The notes: generated by a model not told the origin, from the sequence alone. Shown: positions 1 to 8,855, counted from the stretch's first letter. The stretch: 64,000 nt of DNA from Candidatus Spongiisociaceae bacterium (GCA_965202665.1 OZ241841.1:123646-187645); one strand, 5' to 3'. Numbers and translations: made by a program.

Positions 1-129
1 GTCATCCTGCATTCGGAGAACCCGGACTACCCGCCAATGGAATTCACCGACGGAGTGGAATCCCTAGGGCGGGTGGTAACCGTCCTACGCACCCTCCGCC
101 CCAGCCGCACCCATCGCCGCGCCCTATAG
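1..129 (+). CDS. LexA-like S24-family repressor, extreme C-terminus only (gene runs off the left edge)
   Basis: Frame +1 is open from the window edge to TAG at 127-129. My translation is VILHSENPDYPPMEFTDGVESLGRVVTVLRTLR..., which resembles the C-terminal strand pattern of LexA (xENPxYxPixx...xxLGkVVxVxR). A position next to dapF fits the actinobacterial lexA neighbourhood. Only 42 aa are visible. Confidence 0.45.
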   Translation, partial: VILHSENPDYPPMEFTDGVESLGRVVTVLRTLRPSRTHRRAL

Positions 130-156
130 ACCTAAAGGTCCGTATAGAGAGTAGAA

Positions 157-435
157 ATGTTTCCCATGAAGTACGGATACGTTCTGGAACCGGGCCAGCG
201 GGGGCGGTGGTTCGCTTACGTGCCGGATCTTCCCGGATGCACCGCCGCCGGCAAGACGGTGGAGAAGGCCGTCCGCAACATTGCCGGAGCGGTCCAGGTC
301 TACATCGAGGCTCTGCGAGAAACCGGAGAACCGGTCCCGTCGCCCAGCCCGATGATCGAGGCCTACCCGGAAACGGAACCCGGTTATCGGGTAGTCCAAC
401 CCGGGGATGCGACGTATCCTCCGTCTACTGGTTAA
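157..435 (+). CDS. HicB-family (UPF0150) antitoxin-like protein, no adjacent HicA
   Basis: The 92-aa ORF carries the HicB N-terminal signature (...GRWFAYVPDLPGCTAAGKTVEKAVRNI..AVQVYIEAL...). It is similar in pattern to the hicB at 25274-25498. Confidence 0.6.
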   Translation: MFPMKYGYVLEPGQRGRWFAYVPDLPGCTAAGKTVEKAVRNIAGAVQVYIEALRETGEPVPSPSPMIEAYPETEPGYRVVQPGDATYPPSTG

Positions 436-607
436 TCGGGTCTTTGCGTTTTGTGGTGGGGATAGGGGCTGTTGAGGGCGGTCGGTTTGCCCGGTGTGCG
501 GGGCGGGTTGCCAGCGGGTACGGGGATATCGGCCGTAACGGGTACGGGATCTTCCGACCCGAGAACGGGAGACTGTGCTGACTAGGTGTACAAGGCCGGT
601 AGGTTGG

Positions 608-1092
608 TTACAGTCTGGAGGTTGGTGGTTTGCCTCCGAGGCTGTAGTGGGGCCGGTAGTTGTGGTAGTAGTGGAGCCAGTGGCGGAGGGCTTGGTTTCG
701 GGTTTGGTTGTCGGGCCAGGGTTGGGAGTTGGCCCATTTGGGTTTGAGGGTTTGGTTGTATCGTTCCACTTTGCCGTTCTGCTGGGGATGATACGGTTTG
801 ATCGTGATATGACGGATGCCGTGTTGGGCGAGCAGGGAAGCGAACGCTCGGCTGCGGGTGTAGCTGCGGTGGTTATTGGTCATGATCTCCGCGATGTGGG
901 TGACGCCCAGTTGGTGGAAGTGGTGTATGGCGCGGGCGGTGAACGTCCTGGCCAAGTACAGCTAGGGTGCGACGGGGTGCCTGTTCCTGTCCAGGCAGGC
1001 CACGGCGGCCTGTCAGCTCTTGTCCTGATCTGGTCTGCGGCAAGAACCTGCCTGCGGACCATCCAGGCCTGTCTGGTGGCCTGTTCTGCCAT
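608..1092 (-). pseudogene. IS481-type DDE transposase remnant (C-terminal half intact, upstream part out of frame or missing)
   Basis: ORF 608-955 encodes the end of an rve integrase core (YHPQQNGKVERYNQTLK ... YNYRPHYSLGGKPPTSRL). The sequence upstream (880-1092) is only open in another frame. No N-terminal HTH and no inverted repeats were identified. Confidence 0.65.
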
Positions 1093-1136
1093 CAGGAACG
1101 GCCCCTGCTCTCCCTGGTCTGGTTCGGGGTCAGGGG

Positions 1137-1403
1137 TCAGGACTGCCTTTTTGTGATTTCCAGGCTTGCCTGACCACTGGTCATCCTGCTGGATTTCCGT
1201 CTGCTGACCCCTAATGTTTCCAGCAGTGCTATCTGCTTGTCTGTAGCAGGCAGGTTCATCCTGGTTTTGGCCTGCCTGCCGTGGATAGCCTTGTACACTT
1301 TCTTGACCTGCCTTTTTTTGCCCATGTCTGTGTCCTGTCCTGTCTGCTCTGCTCTAATGGTTATGGAATGTCCAGAGCAAGGCACAATACCCTGCCTGGA
1401 CAC
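1137..1403 (-). CDS. hypothetical small basic protein (coding status uncertain)
   Basis: This is the only sizeable ORF in a lower-GC, CT-rich stretch (about 1100-1570). No motif was recognised with confidence. Confidence 0.2.
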   Translation of the reverse strand: MSRQGIVPCSGHSITIRAEQTGQDTDMGKKRQVKKVYKAIHGRQAKTRMNLPATDKQIALLETLGVSRRKSSRMTSGQASLEITKRQS

Positions 1404-1575
1404 AGAGGGGGCAGAACCAGGGATGGTCTGCCCGTTTCCAGGATAGCGAGTTCCAGATATTCCATTATTACAACCCGCAATGATGGACGGCAGGTTTCTG
1501 CCATCGTTCCAGACAGGCCTGAAATGTTCTGCCTGGAAATCCTGATATGTCAGAGCAGACAGGTTCTACTACCGA

Positions 1576-2349
1576 TTAATCCATCGCTATCGTTCCTCGG
1601 AACGCTGTTCGGGCGGGGCCGGTTAACCAGGCCCGTCCCTCTATTAGTTCCACCCGCAACGGGCCGCCCGGCAGTCGCACCGTGGCCATCGGATCGGCCA
1701 GTCCGCGGCTGACGGCGACGGCTACCGCGGCGGCGGCTCCGGTGCCGCACGCCCGGGTCTCCCCCGCTCCCCGCTCCCACACCCGCAACCGCAGTCCCGC
1801 GCCGTCCGGGTCGGGGGCTGCGAACCCGACGTTGACCCGGTCGGGGAAAGCCGGGTGGGTTTCCACCCGGGGGCCCACCTCCCCCACCGGGGCCCGTTCC
1901 GGGTCGTCCACCAGGGTCACCGCATGCGGGTTGCCCACCGACGCCAAAATGAACTCCCGCCCGTCGATGGTGATTTCGCCTTCCACCGCATACTCCCCCA
2001 ACTCCACCCGGCACACCTCCGGACGTTCCGGGTCCGGGATTTGCGCCCGCCGCTCCCCCATCGGGGTTTCCACGATGAAATCGGCGCCCCCGGTCCATCC
2101 CCGCTGGTAGCCGTAGCGGGCTACGCAACGCAGGCCGTTGCCGCACATCTCGGCCGGCGACCCGTCGGCGTTCCAGTAGTCCATGCGCAGGGCGGCCGGC
2201 GGGCGGGAGGCGGGCCCCGCCAGCAGCACCCCGTCCGCCCCCACCCCGGTGCGGCGGTCGCACAGGCGGCGGATGGTCTCCCGGTCGGGGGGTTCCCCTT
2301 CCAGCACCACGAAATCGTTGCCGAGTCCCTCCATCTTCAGGAAATCCAC
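1576..2349 (-). CDS. dapF: diaminopimelate epimerase
   Basis: The N-terminus VDFLKMEGLGNDFVVLE is the canonical DapF start. The catalytic Cys motifs MCGNGLRC and ACGTGA are present. I chose the GTG start at 2349, which overlaps the miaA stop. Confidence 0.9.
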   Translation of the reverse strand: MDFLKMEGLGNDFVVLEGEPPDRETIRRLCDRRTGVGADGVLLAGPASRPPAALRMDYWNADGSPAEMCGNGLRCVARYGYQRGWTGGADFIVETPMGERRAQIPDPERPEVCRVELGEYAVEGEITIDGREFILASVGNPHAVTLVDDPERAPVGEVGPRVETHPAFPDRVNVGFAAPDPDGAGLRLRVWERGAGETRACGTGAAAAVAVAVSRGLADPMATVRLPGGPLRVELIEGRAWLTGPARTAFRGTIAMD

Positions 2350-3251
2350 TGCGCCTCCGTTTCTTCTATCAACCGGCGGACGGACCGGCACATTCCGCCG
2401 ACATCCTCCTCCCAGGGAAGCCATCGGATGCGGGGGTCGCGGCGGAAGAAGGTGCGCTGGCGGCGAGCCAAACCCATTGTGGCCGAAAGGGCCCGCTGTT
2501 GCCCTTCCCGTAACGGGATTTCCCCCCGCACCACCGGCAGGAGTTGTTTGTAGCCGACCGCCTGGGAGGCGTTGCGGCCCATCTTTCCGTCCAGGCCGGC
2601 CACTTCCTCCAGCAGTCCGGCCCGCAACATCCGCTCCAAGCGGGACTCCGCCCGCCCGGCCAGGGCCGGGCCGGGATCCAACCCCAGGGTCAGCAACGGG
2701 GCTCCACCCTGATAGTCCCGCACCTGCCGGGCGCTTTTCAGCCGGACGCGGCGGGAAGGAGGCGGGCCGCCCATTTTGACCACCTCCAAAGCGCGGCGCA
2801 CCCGGCGGGGATTGGCCATGTCCAGATGCCGGGGCGCCTCCGGGTCGGCGGCCAGCAGTTCGGCCCGCGCCCGGTCGTCGGACAGTTCGTCCACCCGCCG
2901 TCTGATCTCCGGGTCGCCGGGGGGGAATTCCAGCGGGTCCGCCAAAGCCCGGAAGTAAAGCCCCGACCCCCCGGCCAAAATGAGACGCGCCCCCCGGCGT
3001 TGCGCATCCGCCATCACCCGCCTTCCCGCGGCTTGAAATTCGGCGACCGTGTAATCCGTCTCCGGGGAGGCCAAATCCAGCAAATGATGGGGGATGCGGG
3101 CTTGATCGGCGGGGGCGGGTTTGGCGGTGCCGATGTCCATCCCCCGGTACACCTGCATGGAATCAACCGAGGCTATTTCCGCCCCGTATGCCTCCGCCAA
3201 ACAGAGGGCCAGGTCGCTTTTGCCGGAGGCGGTGAGGCCGAGCAGGGCCAC
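2337..3251 (-). CDS. miaA: tRNA dimethylallyltransferase
   Basis: This is the C-terminal 305-309 aa of the chimeric 667-aa ORF. It has the P-loop GLTASGKS followed by SVDSMQVYRGMDIGTAKP. The first canonical start in frame is the GTG at 3251, so the start is uncertain by a few codons. Confidence 0.88.
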   Translation of the reverse strand: MALLGLTASGKSDLALCLAEAYGAEIASVDSMQVYRGMDIGTAKPAPADQARIPHHLLDLASPETDYTVAEFQAAGRRVMADAQRRGARLILAGGSGLYFRALADPLEFPPGDPEIRRRVDELSDDRARAELLAADPEAPRHLDMANPRRVRRALEVVKMGGPPPSRRVRLKSARQVRDYQGGAPLLTLGLDPGPALAGRAESRLERMLRAGLLEEVAGLDGKMGRNASQAVGYKQLLPVVRGEIPLREGQQRALSATMGLARRQRTFFRRDPRIRWLPWEEDVGGMCRSVRRLIEETEAQWIS

Positions 3252-3259
3252 TGCCGGAA

Positions 3260-4666
3260 TCAGACGGGAATCCCCATCAGGTAATGCCGGGCGGCCCCCA
3301 CGATGTCCACTTCCAGCAACGTGCCGGGAGGGTACCGGCCCGGCACATGGGTGACCGTGTTGCCCCGGGTGCGGGTGGCGGCCGTGTCCGGGTCTTTGCG
3401 GGAGGGGCCTTCCGCCATCACCTCCAAGCGGCTTCCCACCCGGCGGCGGTTGTTCTCCTCCCCGATGGCGGCCTGCATTTCGGTGAGGCGGGCGAACCGC
3501 TCTTTGGCCGCGGCGGACGGGACGAACCGGTCGCCCATCTGCGCCGCCCGGGTGCCGGGGCGGGCCGAAAACAGGAACATGTAGGCGTGGTCGAAGCGGG
3601 CGGTTTCCACTACGCGCAGGGTGCGTTGAAAGTCCTCCTCCGTTTCGCCCGGGAAGCCGACGATGATGTCGGTGGAAACCGTCAGGCCGTCCACCGCCTC
3701 CCGGGCCATCTCCAGCCGTTTCAGGAACTTGTCGGCCGTGTATCCGCGGTGCATGGCGGCCAGGATGCGGTCCGAACCGGACTGGAGCGGGAAATGGAGC
3801 TGCTCGCACACCGCCGGGGTTTCGGCCATCGCCTCCGCCACCTCCGGGCGGAAGTCGTTGGGGTGGGGGCTGGTGAAGCGGATGCGTTTGATGCCCTCCA
3901 CTTCCCCCACCCGGCGCAACAGGTCGGCGAAGATGGGGCGGCGGCGCCCGTCGATGGCCAGGTCCCGCCCGTAAGTGTTGACGTTTTGGCCGAGCAACGT
4001 CACCTCCGCCGTCCCGTCCGCGGCCAGTTGTTCCACCTCCCGGATTACGTCCCCCGGACGGCGGCTGATTTCCGGCCCCCGCACCGCGGGCACGATGCAG
4101 AAGGTGCATGTGTTGTTGCATCCGACCTGGATGGTCACCCAGGCGGAATGGGCGGATTCCCGGCGGACGGGCAGGTCGGAGGGCATGGCGGCCAGCTGGT
4201 CGGCGATTTCGGTTACCGGCCCCCATTCTTCGGCCTGGTCCAGCAGGTGCAGCACCCGGTCCAGGTTGTGGGTGCCCAGCACCACGTCCACCCACGGGGC
4301 CCGCTCCCGCACCAGCTCCCGGTCTTTTTGGGCGGCGCACCCGCCCACGATCAGCATCCGGCCCGGGTCGGCCTCTTTCAAAGGCTTCAGTTGGCCCAGG
4401 TTGCCGTACAGCCGGTTGTCGGCGTTTTCCCGGATGGTGCAGGTGTTGATGAAAATCACATCCGCCGTTTCCATCCGGTCGGCGGGGGTCATGCCGTCCG
4501 ATTCGAACAGGCCCGCCACCCGTTCGCTGTCATGCTCGTTCATCTGGCAGCCGAAGGTGCGCAGGAAGTAGCGGCGCCCGGTGCGGGTGGGCGGGCGGGA
4601 TTCGGCCCGTTCCGCGGCGGCGGGGGCCGGTCGGCGGCGGGGTTCGTCTAGAAAAACGGTGGTCAT
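3260..4666 (-). CDS. miaB: tRNA-2-methylthio-N6-dimethylallyladenosine synthase (radical SAM methylthiotransferase)
   Basis: FLRTFGCQMNEHDSE, INTCTIRE and the radical-SAM CNNTCTFCIVP motif are present, with a TRAM-like C-terminus. The ATG at 4666 is preceded by GAGGAAA. Confidence 0.9.
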   Translation of the reverse strand: MTTVFLDEPRRRPAPAAAERAESRPPTRTGRRYFLRTFGCQMNEHDSERVAGLFESDGMTPADRMETADVIFINTCTIRENADNRLYGNLGQLKPLKEADPGRMLIVGGCAAQKDRELVRERAPWVDVVLGTHNLDRVLHLLDQAEEWGPVTEIADQLAAMPSDLPVRRESAHSAWVTIQVGCNNTCTFCIVPAVRGPEISRRPGDVIREVEQLAADGTAEVTLLGQNVNTYGRDLAIDGRRRPIFADLLRRVGEVEGIKRIRFTSPHPNDFRPEVAEAMAETPAVCEQLHFPLQSGSDRILAAMHRGYTADKFLKRLEMAREAVDGLTVSTDIIVGFPGETEEDFQRTLRVVETARFDHAYMFLFSARPGTRAAQMGDRFVPSAAAKERFARLTEMQAAIGEENNRRRVGSRLEVMAEGPSRKDPDTAATRTRGNTVTHVPGRYPPGTLLEVDIVGAARHYLMGIPV

Positions 4667-4682
4667 CGGCGGCGTTTCCTCG

Positions 4683-6212
4683 CTAACGGGCGTAGTCGGT
4701 GACACGCACTTCCCGAATCACCGTCACCTGAATGTGATTGGAGTAGCGCAGGTCGTTTTCCATGCGGCGGGCCACCGAATGGGCCAGGTGGGCGGCGGCC
4801 AAGTCGTCCACCTCCCCCGGGTCCACCACTATCCTAACCTCCCGGCCGGCCTGCATGGCGTACACTTGCTCCACCCCGCTGAACTCCCGCACCAGCGACT
4901 CTATTCTTTCCAGGCGGCGCATATAGGATTGCGCGGTGTTGTTGCGGGCCCCCGGACGGGATGCGGACACGGTGTCGGCCGTCTGTACGATGATGGACAG
5001 CAAAGTTCGGGGCTCCACTTCGTTGTGGTGGGCTTCTATCCCGTGCACCACCGCCGGGTCCTCCCCGAAGCGGCGGGCTATCTCGGCTCCGATCAGCGCG
5101 TGGGAACCCTGCACTTCGTGGGTGACCGCCTTGCCGATGTCGTGCAAGAAGGCGGACCTTTTCACATCGGCCGGGTCGATGCCCAGTTCGGCGGCCAGCA
5201 TTCCGGCCAGGTGGGCGGATTCGATCAGATGGTTGAGCACGTTCTGCCCGTACGAGGTGCGGTATTTGAGGCGGCCCAGCAGGGTGATCAGTTCGGGGTG
5301 TATTTGGGAGGCCCCCGCTTCCAGCACCGCCCACTCCCCGGCGTCCCGCACCGACTGCTCCACTTCCGTCTGGGCTTTCTCGTAGGACTCTTCGATGGAG
5401 GCGGGGTGGATTCGCCCGTCGGCCACCAGGTTCTCCAAAGCGAGGCGGGCGATTTCCCGGCGGACGGGATCGAAGGAGCTGACCATCACCATTTCCGGCG
5501 TGTCGTCCACCACCAAGTTGACCCCGGTTACCGACTCGAACGCCCGGATGTTGCGGCCTTCCCGGCCAATGATGCGGCCTTTCAGTTCATCGTTGGGCAA
5601 GGACACGGCGGAAACGGTGGTTTCGGCGGTGACCGGGGCGGCCAAGCGTTCGATGGCGGTGGTGAGTATGCGACGGGCCCGGCGGTCGGCTTCCTCCCGC
5701 ACCCGCAGTTCGGTTTCCCGGACCATCAACATCCCCTCCCGGCGGGTTTCTTCCTTGATTTGCTTGAGCAGTTCCTCTTTGGCGGCGGCGGCGTCCATGA
5801 GGGAAATCCGCTCCAGGCGGGCCCGGGCGTCGTGGCCTATCCGTTCCGCTTCCGAACGCAGGTCGTTCGCTTCGGCTTCCCGGCGGGCCGCCATCTGCTC
5901 CCGCAAAGCCAGGTTGGAGGCCCGTTGCTCCAGGGTCTGCTCCCGTTGCGCCAACCGGTCCTCGGAGGACGCCAACTCCATCCGCCGCTGATCCATCTCC
6001 GTCTGTCCCCGCTCCAGGTACTCGTCCACCCGGGCCCGCCCCTCGTCCTCGGCGCGGTCCATCAAACGTTGCGCCCGCCGCCGGGCCGCCGCCCCCGGAT
6101 CCTCCAGCACGTTCCTCCGCACGCGCCGCGCCGCCGCCAGCGCCCAAAGCGACAACCCCAGTATCGCCCCGCACGCCCCGACCGCAATCACCGACGTAAG
6201 ACTGACTTCCAT
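4683..6212 (-). CDS. rny: ribonuclease Y
   Basis: The protein has an N-terminal TM helix, a long charged coiled-coil and a KH region (GRIIGREGRNIRAFE). Its HD domain reads LHDIGKA...HH. The ATG at 6212 is preceded by GGGAAGG. Confidence 0.9.
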   Translation of the reverse strand: MEVSLTSVIAVGACGAILGLSLWALAAARRVRRNVLEDPGAAARRRAQRLMDRAEDEGRARVDEYLERGQTEMDQRRMELASSEDRLAQREQTLEQRASNLALREQMAARREAEANDLRSEAERIGHDARARLERISLMDAAAAKEELLKQIKEETRREGMLMVRETELRVREEADRRARRILTTAIERLAAPVTAETTVSAVSLPNDELKGRIIGREGRNIRAFESVTGVNLVVDDTPEMVMVSSFDPVRREIARLALENLVADGRIHPASIEESYEKAQTEVEQSVRDAGEWAVLEAGASQIHPELITLLGRLKYRTSYGQNVLNHLIESAHLAGMLAAELGIDPADVKRSAFLHDIGKAVTHEVQGSHALIGAEIARRFGEDPAVVHGIEAHHNEVEPRTLLSIIVQTADTVSASRPGARNNTAQSYMRRLERIESLVREFSGVEQVYAMQAGREVRIVVDPGEVDDLAAAHLAHSVARRMENDLRYSNHIQVTVIREVRVTDYAR

Positions 6213-6319
6213 TACCTTCCCAAGTTTGGTCACCGCCCCGGCCCTCCGACCAAAGCACCCCCATCCTAACAAAACCCATTACCAAATTGAAACCGCCTTA
6301 GGATAAGGAAAGGAACCAG

Positions 6320-7348
6320 CTAATCCTCCGACCAGGAGAAAGGCAAAGAAGGAGACATTTCCGTTACGTTACCAAAACATAGTCCACTCTCAATCTGCGG
6401 AGGTGGACTTCTATCAAAAAGTTCGTATCTTACGGTAGGGTGGGGAGGTTTTATGTCAGGGATGCCTATACCTTCCAAAGTATCCTGGCCTTTATTTGCC
6501 TGACGTATTATGTTAGCTTTAGCCTGCATCATAGGAATAATATTCCTAGAATAAGATTCATATATGTATTCCATAATAAGATCACCGACGGGGTGGTCTG
6601 TTGCAAAAATTAATGTATAAATTGGTATATTGTTATCTCTTATCCCTAGCGCATGTGTTTTCTTATATTGCAATATTGTCTCTAGCCTTTTTCGATATAA
6701 TTTGATCAATTCTTTTCTCATATTACTTGCATCCAAAAGGCCACTACGACGACGCTGATATATTGAAACCCAGTCCTCTGTCCCGTATACGCTATTTACT
6801 AAATCAATACTACTCTTTCCTTTCGCAACTTCAGCACCTATAACACGAAGCAGTGCTGGTTCAGGAAATAGTATGAATAACTCAATTTTAGGCTTACCTC
6901 TATCTTTCCATTTAGCTAATTTCTCCAAAGTTGCCCATTTAACTTGAAGTCCACAAGGATCAAGAAAAGCAATTGTAGGTGCTGATCTGTTCTTTATATA
7001 CTCTAAACCCATATCAATTGTATTATTACAGTCTCCAGGCAACACCTTCCAATCGCGAACATTGTGAGATACGCTCGTCTGAATTGATGATCTCAGGACT
7101 TCCGCTTTATCTCGCTTTTCGAATAATGCTACACGCGTGAAAGTCGGCTCGACATTAAAAGCGATCTGCGGCGAGCCGGGGAAGTATCCTTCCTCGTCAC
7201 GCCTTTTATTACGATATGACCCAGCAAACAGATCAAGATATATCCTATCGCGGGCACTTTTGCTAGCAATTGCAAATGGCCTTAGGTAATCCCATAGAAT
7301 ATCTATCTTGGTCTCTGACCACCAAGACCAATCTCTTTGCTCTGGCAT
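6320..7348 (-). CDS. three-Cys-motif partner protein TcmP-like
   Basis: The 342-aa protein begins ...WSWWSETKIDILWDYLRPF....RIYLDLFAGSY. This is the pattern I associate with the TcmP family, which pairs with DUF5131 proteins. It starts 6 nt downstream of the DUF5131 gene. The gene is very AT-rich (35-37% G+C on sampled lines). Confidence 0.6.
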   Translation of the reverse strand: MPEQRDWSWWSETKIDILWDYLRPFAIASKSARDRIYLDLFAGSYRNKRRDEEGYFPGSPQIAFNVEPTFTRVALFEKRDKAEVLRSSIQTSVSHNVRDWKVLPGDCNNTIDMGLEYIKNRSAPTIAFLDPCGLQVKWATLEKLAKWKDRGKPKIELFILFPEPALLRVIGAEVAKGKSSIDLVNSVYGTEDWVSIYQRRRSGLLDASNMRKELIKLYRKRLETILQYKKTHALGIRDNNIPIYTLIFATDHPVGDLIMEYIYESYSRNIIPMMQAKANIIRQANKGQDTLEGIGIPDIKPPHPTVRYELFDRSPPPQIESGLCFGNVTEMSPSLPFSWSED

Positions 7349-7354
7349 ATATCG

Positions 7355-8101
7355 TCACAACTTCCTTGCCGGTGGCATTTCGTTGTGGGTTTGGCCTTGG
7401 AGGGTGCGGCCGCCGGATTTGGGGGTGCGGCCGCCCCATTGTTTAAAGAAAAAGGGGACTTGGGCGGTATCGCACTGGTCGCGTAGGTCAGTAGCCCACT
7501 CTCCTTGCATGGGGCGGGCGCCGGGGCCGCTCTCCCCGCCTACGATCATCCAGTGGATGCCGTCTAGGTCAAGATTGGGTAGCGGTCCCAGCAACGGTTC
7601 GGCGCTTATGAACCTTACGGCCGCGTCCACTGTCCGCAGGTGGTCGATTCTGAATTTGTAGCGGGCGGTTTCCACGCTCACGCCCATCCACAGGTTGGGC
7701 GGCCACGCCAGTTTCTGACCGAACCGGGCCAGGCGTTGGGAACGTTTGGTTAGCAACTGGTACTGATGTTGCGGCGTGTCGGCTATCACCTCGAACACCC
7801 GGCGTATGTAATCGTCGGGCACGTCCTTGTGGAACAGATCGCTCATGGAGTCCACGAAGATGGTGCGGGGCTTGCGCCAGGAACGGGGAATATCCAATGC
7901 GTCGGGATGCAATGTCATTCCAAAACCGGGTCCGCTGGTGCGGGGGTCGCCGTCGTTACGATACTTTGCCACCCCCATCGCTTGCAATCGCTTGGCCAAT
8001 GTGAGGGCGTAGCAGTTGTCGCATCCCGGCGAGGTGCGGTCGCAACCGGTGGTCGGATTCCACGTTGCTTCCGTCCATTCTATGGCGCTCCTGTCAGACA
8101 T
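7355..8101 (-). CDS. DUF5131 (phage Gp37/Gp68) family three-Cys protein
   Basis: The N-terminus reads IEWTEATWNPTTGCDRTSPGCDNCYA, a three-Cys motif. Further motifs are FVDSMSDLFH and ISAEPLLGP...IHWMIVGGESG. I chose the ATG at 8101, which overlaps the upstream stop as ATGTCTGA. Confidence 0.7.
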   Translation of the reverse strand: MSDRSAIEWTEATWNPTTGCDRTSPGCDNCYALTLAKRLQAMGVAKYRNDGDPRTSGPGFGMTLHPDALDIPRSWRKPRTIFVDSMSDLFHKDVPDDYIRRVFEVIADTPQHQYQLLTKRSQRLARFGQKLAWPPNLWMGVSVETARYKFRIDHLRTVDAAVRFISAEPLLGPLPNLDLDGIHWMIVGGESGPGARPMQGEWATDLRDQCDTAQVPFFFKQWGGRTPKSGGRTLQGQTHNEMPPARKL

Positions 8102-8768
8102 TTTTCCCACTCCGCGCCCGCCCGCCATTAACTTCCAGGCCCCAGGCGCGCCAGCCTTCGACCTGTTGCCGGGCGAACAGCTCGATCTTCTTCTGTGCGG
8201 GAAACATTTGTTCGATGCGTTTGCGCACCTCGGCGGGTTTCTCCGAATGGGCGCCCCGTTTGTATCTCAAAAACTGGCGCACGTTGCGCGCCCCGCGCGG
8301 ACTGGGAATTTTGCCGCGTTTGAAAACCAGGCACATCTCGCACTGGCTCATCGTGTAGAAGCCGGGGTTCACCCGTATCTTGTCCCACACGAATGCCACC
8401 GTCGCCCACGCAAAGCCCCATGTTTTGCCCAGGTCTATAGCCTGATCCAGGTGCGGGTTGGTGGCCCACATGAACAGCAGGCAGTCGTCCGCCGCGATGT
8501 CGGGCACGGCTAGGCCCTTCAAGTGGTCCAGCGTAACGGTCGGGTAGTGCCGCATCGCTCCGCCCGTGTCCCGGTTGCCCGCTCCGGCATGTTGCAGTTG
8601 CCCTTTGTAATCCCAAGGCGGGTCGGCGTAGATGATGTCAAACTGGTCTTGCGGGAGAGCGGGGAAGCCGCCGGTGTCTCCGTTCCATATCTGGTCGAAC
8701 TCGGCGCGGGTCAGTTGCCCGGGCTCCGCCTCCGTCGGCTGCAACGCCCCTTTACCCGTGATGGTCAT
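8094..8768 (-). CDS. MT-A70 family N6-adenine methyltransferase
   Basis: The catalytic motif is IIYADPPWDY. The fold order follows the MT-A70 pattern (...LLFMWATN...WGF...). The ATG at 8768 is preceded by GGAGGG. Confidence 0.75.
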   Translation of the reverse strand: MTITGKGALQPTEAEPGQLTRAEFDQIWNGDTGGFPALPQDQFDIIYADPPWDYKGQLQHAGAGNRDTGGAMRHYPTVTLDHLKGLAVPDIAADDCLLFMWATNPHLDQAIDLGKTWGFAWATVAFVWDKIRVNPGFYTMSQCEMCLVFKRGKIPSPRGARNVRQFLRYKRGAHSEKPAEVRKRIEQMFPAQKKIELFARQQVEGWRAWGLEVNGGRARSGKNV

Positions 8769-8780
8769 TTTGTCCCTCCG

Positions 8781-8820
8781 CTTTCGTCCGGGGCGCATCC
8801 GGCGTCGCCCCGGACGAAAG
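8781..8820 (-). terminator. perfect 15-bp-stem hairpin downstream of recA (I-shaped terminator or processing site)
   Basis: CTTTCGTCCGGGGCG (8781-8795) and CGCCCCGGACGAAAG (8806-8820) are exact reverse complements around a 10-nt loop. No U-tract follows on the minus strand. The stem ends 1 nt before the Shine-Dalgarno of the MT-A70 gene. Confidence 0.4.
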
Positions 8821-8855
8821 TCAGCATATATCCTCGGCTTGCCGCCAACCGGGGG

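Noticed and set aside
2337-4340. A 667-aa ORF that appears to be one large gene spanning miaA and most of miaB.
   Set aside because: Only its last ~305 aa look like a real protein (MiaA). The upstream two thirds are Arg/Pro/Gly-rich off-frame read-through across miaB, which is clearly encoded in another frame (3260-4666). The same reasoning removes the chimeric N-terminal parts of ORFs 10928-13525, 35508-37013, 36561-38876, 45892-48435 and 50634-53549.
8016-8616. ORFs 8016-8513 (+) and 8128-8616 (-) as additional genes in the cassette.
   Set aside because: They overlap the MT-A70 gene in other frames and show no motifs. The MT-A70 frame carries the DPPW catalytic signature.
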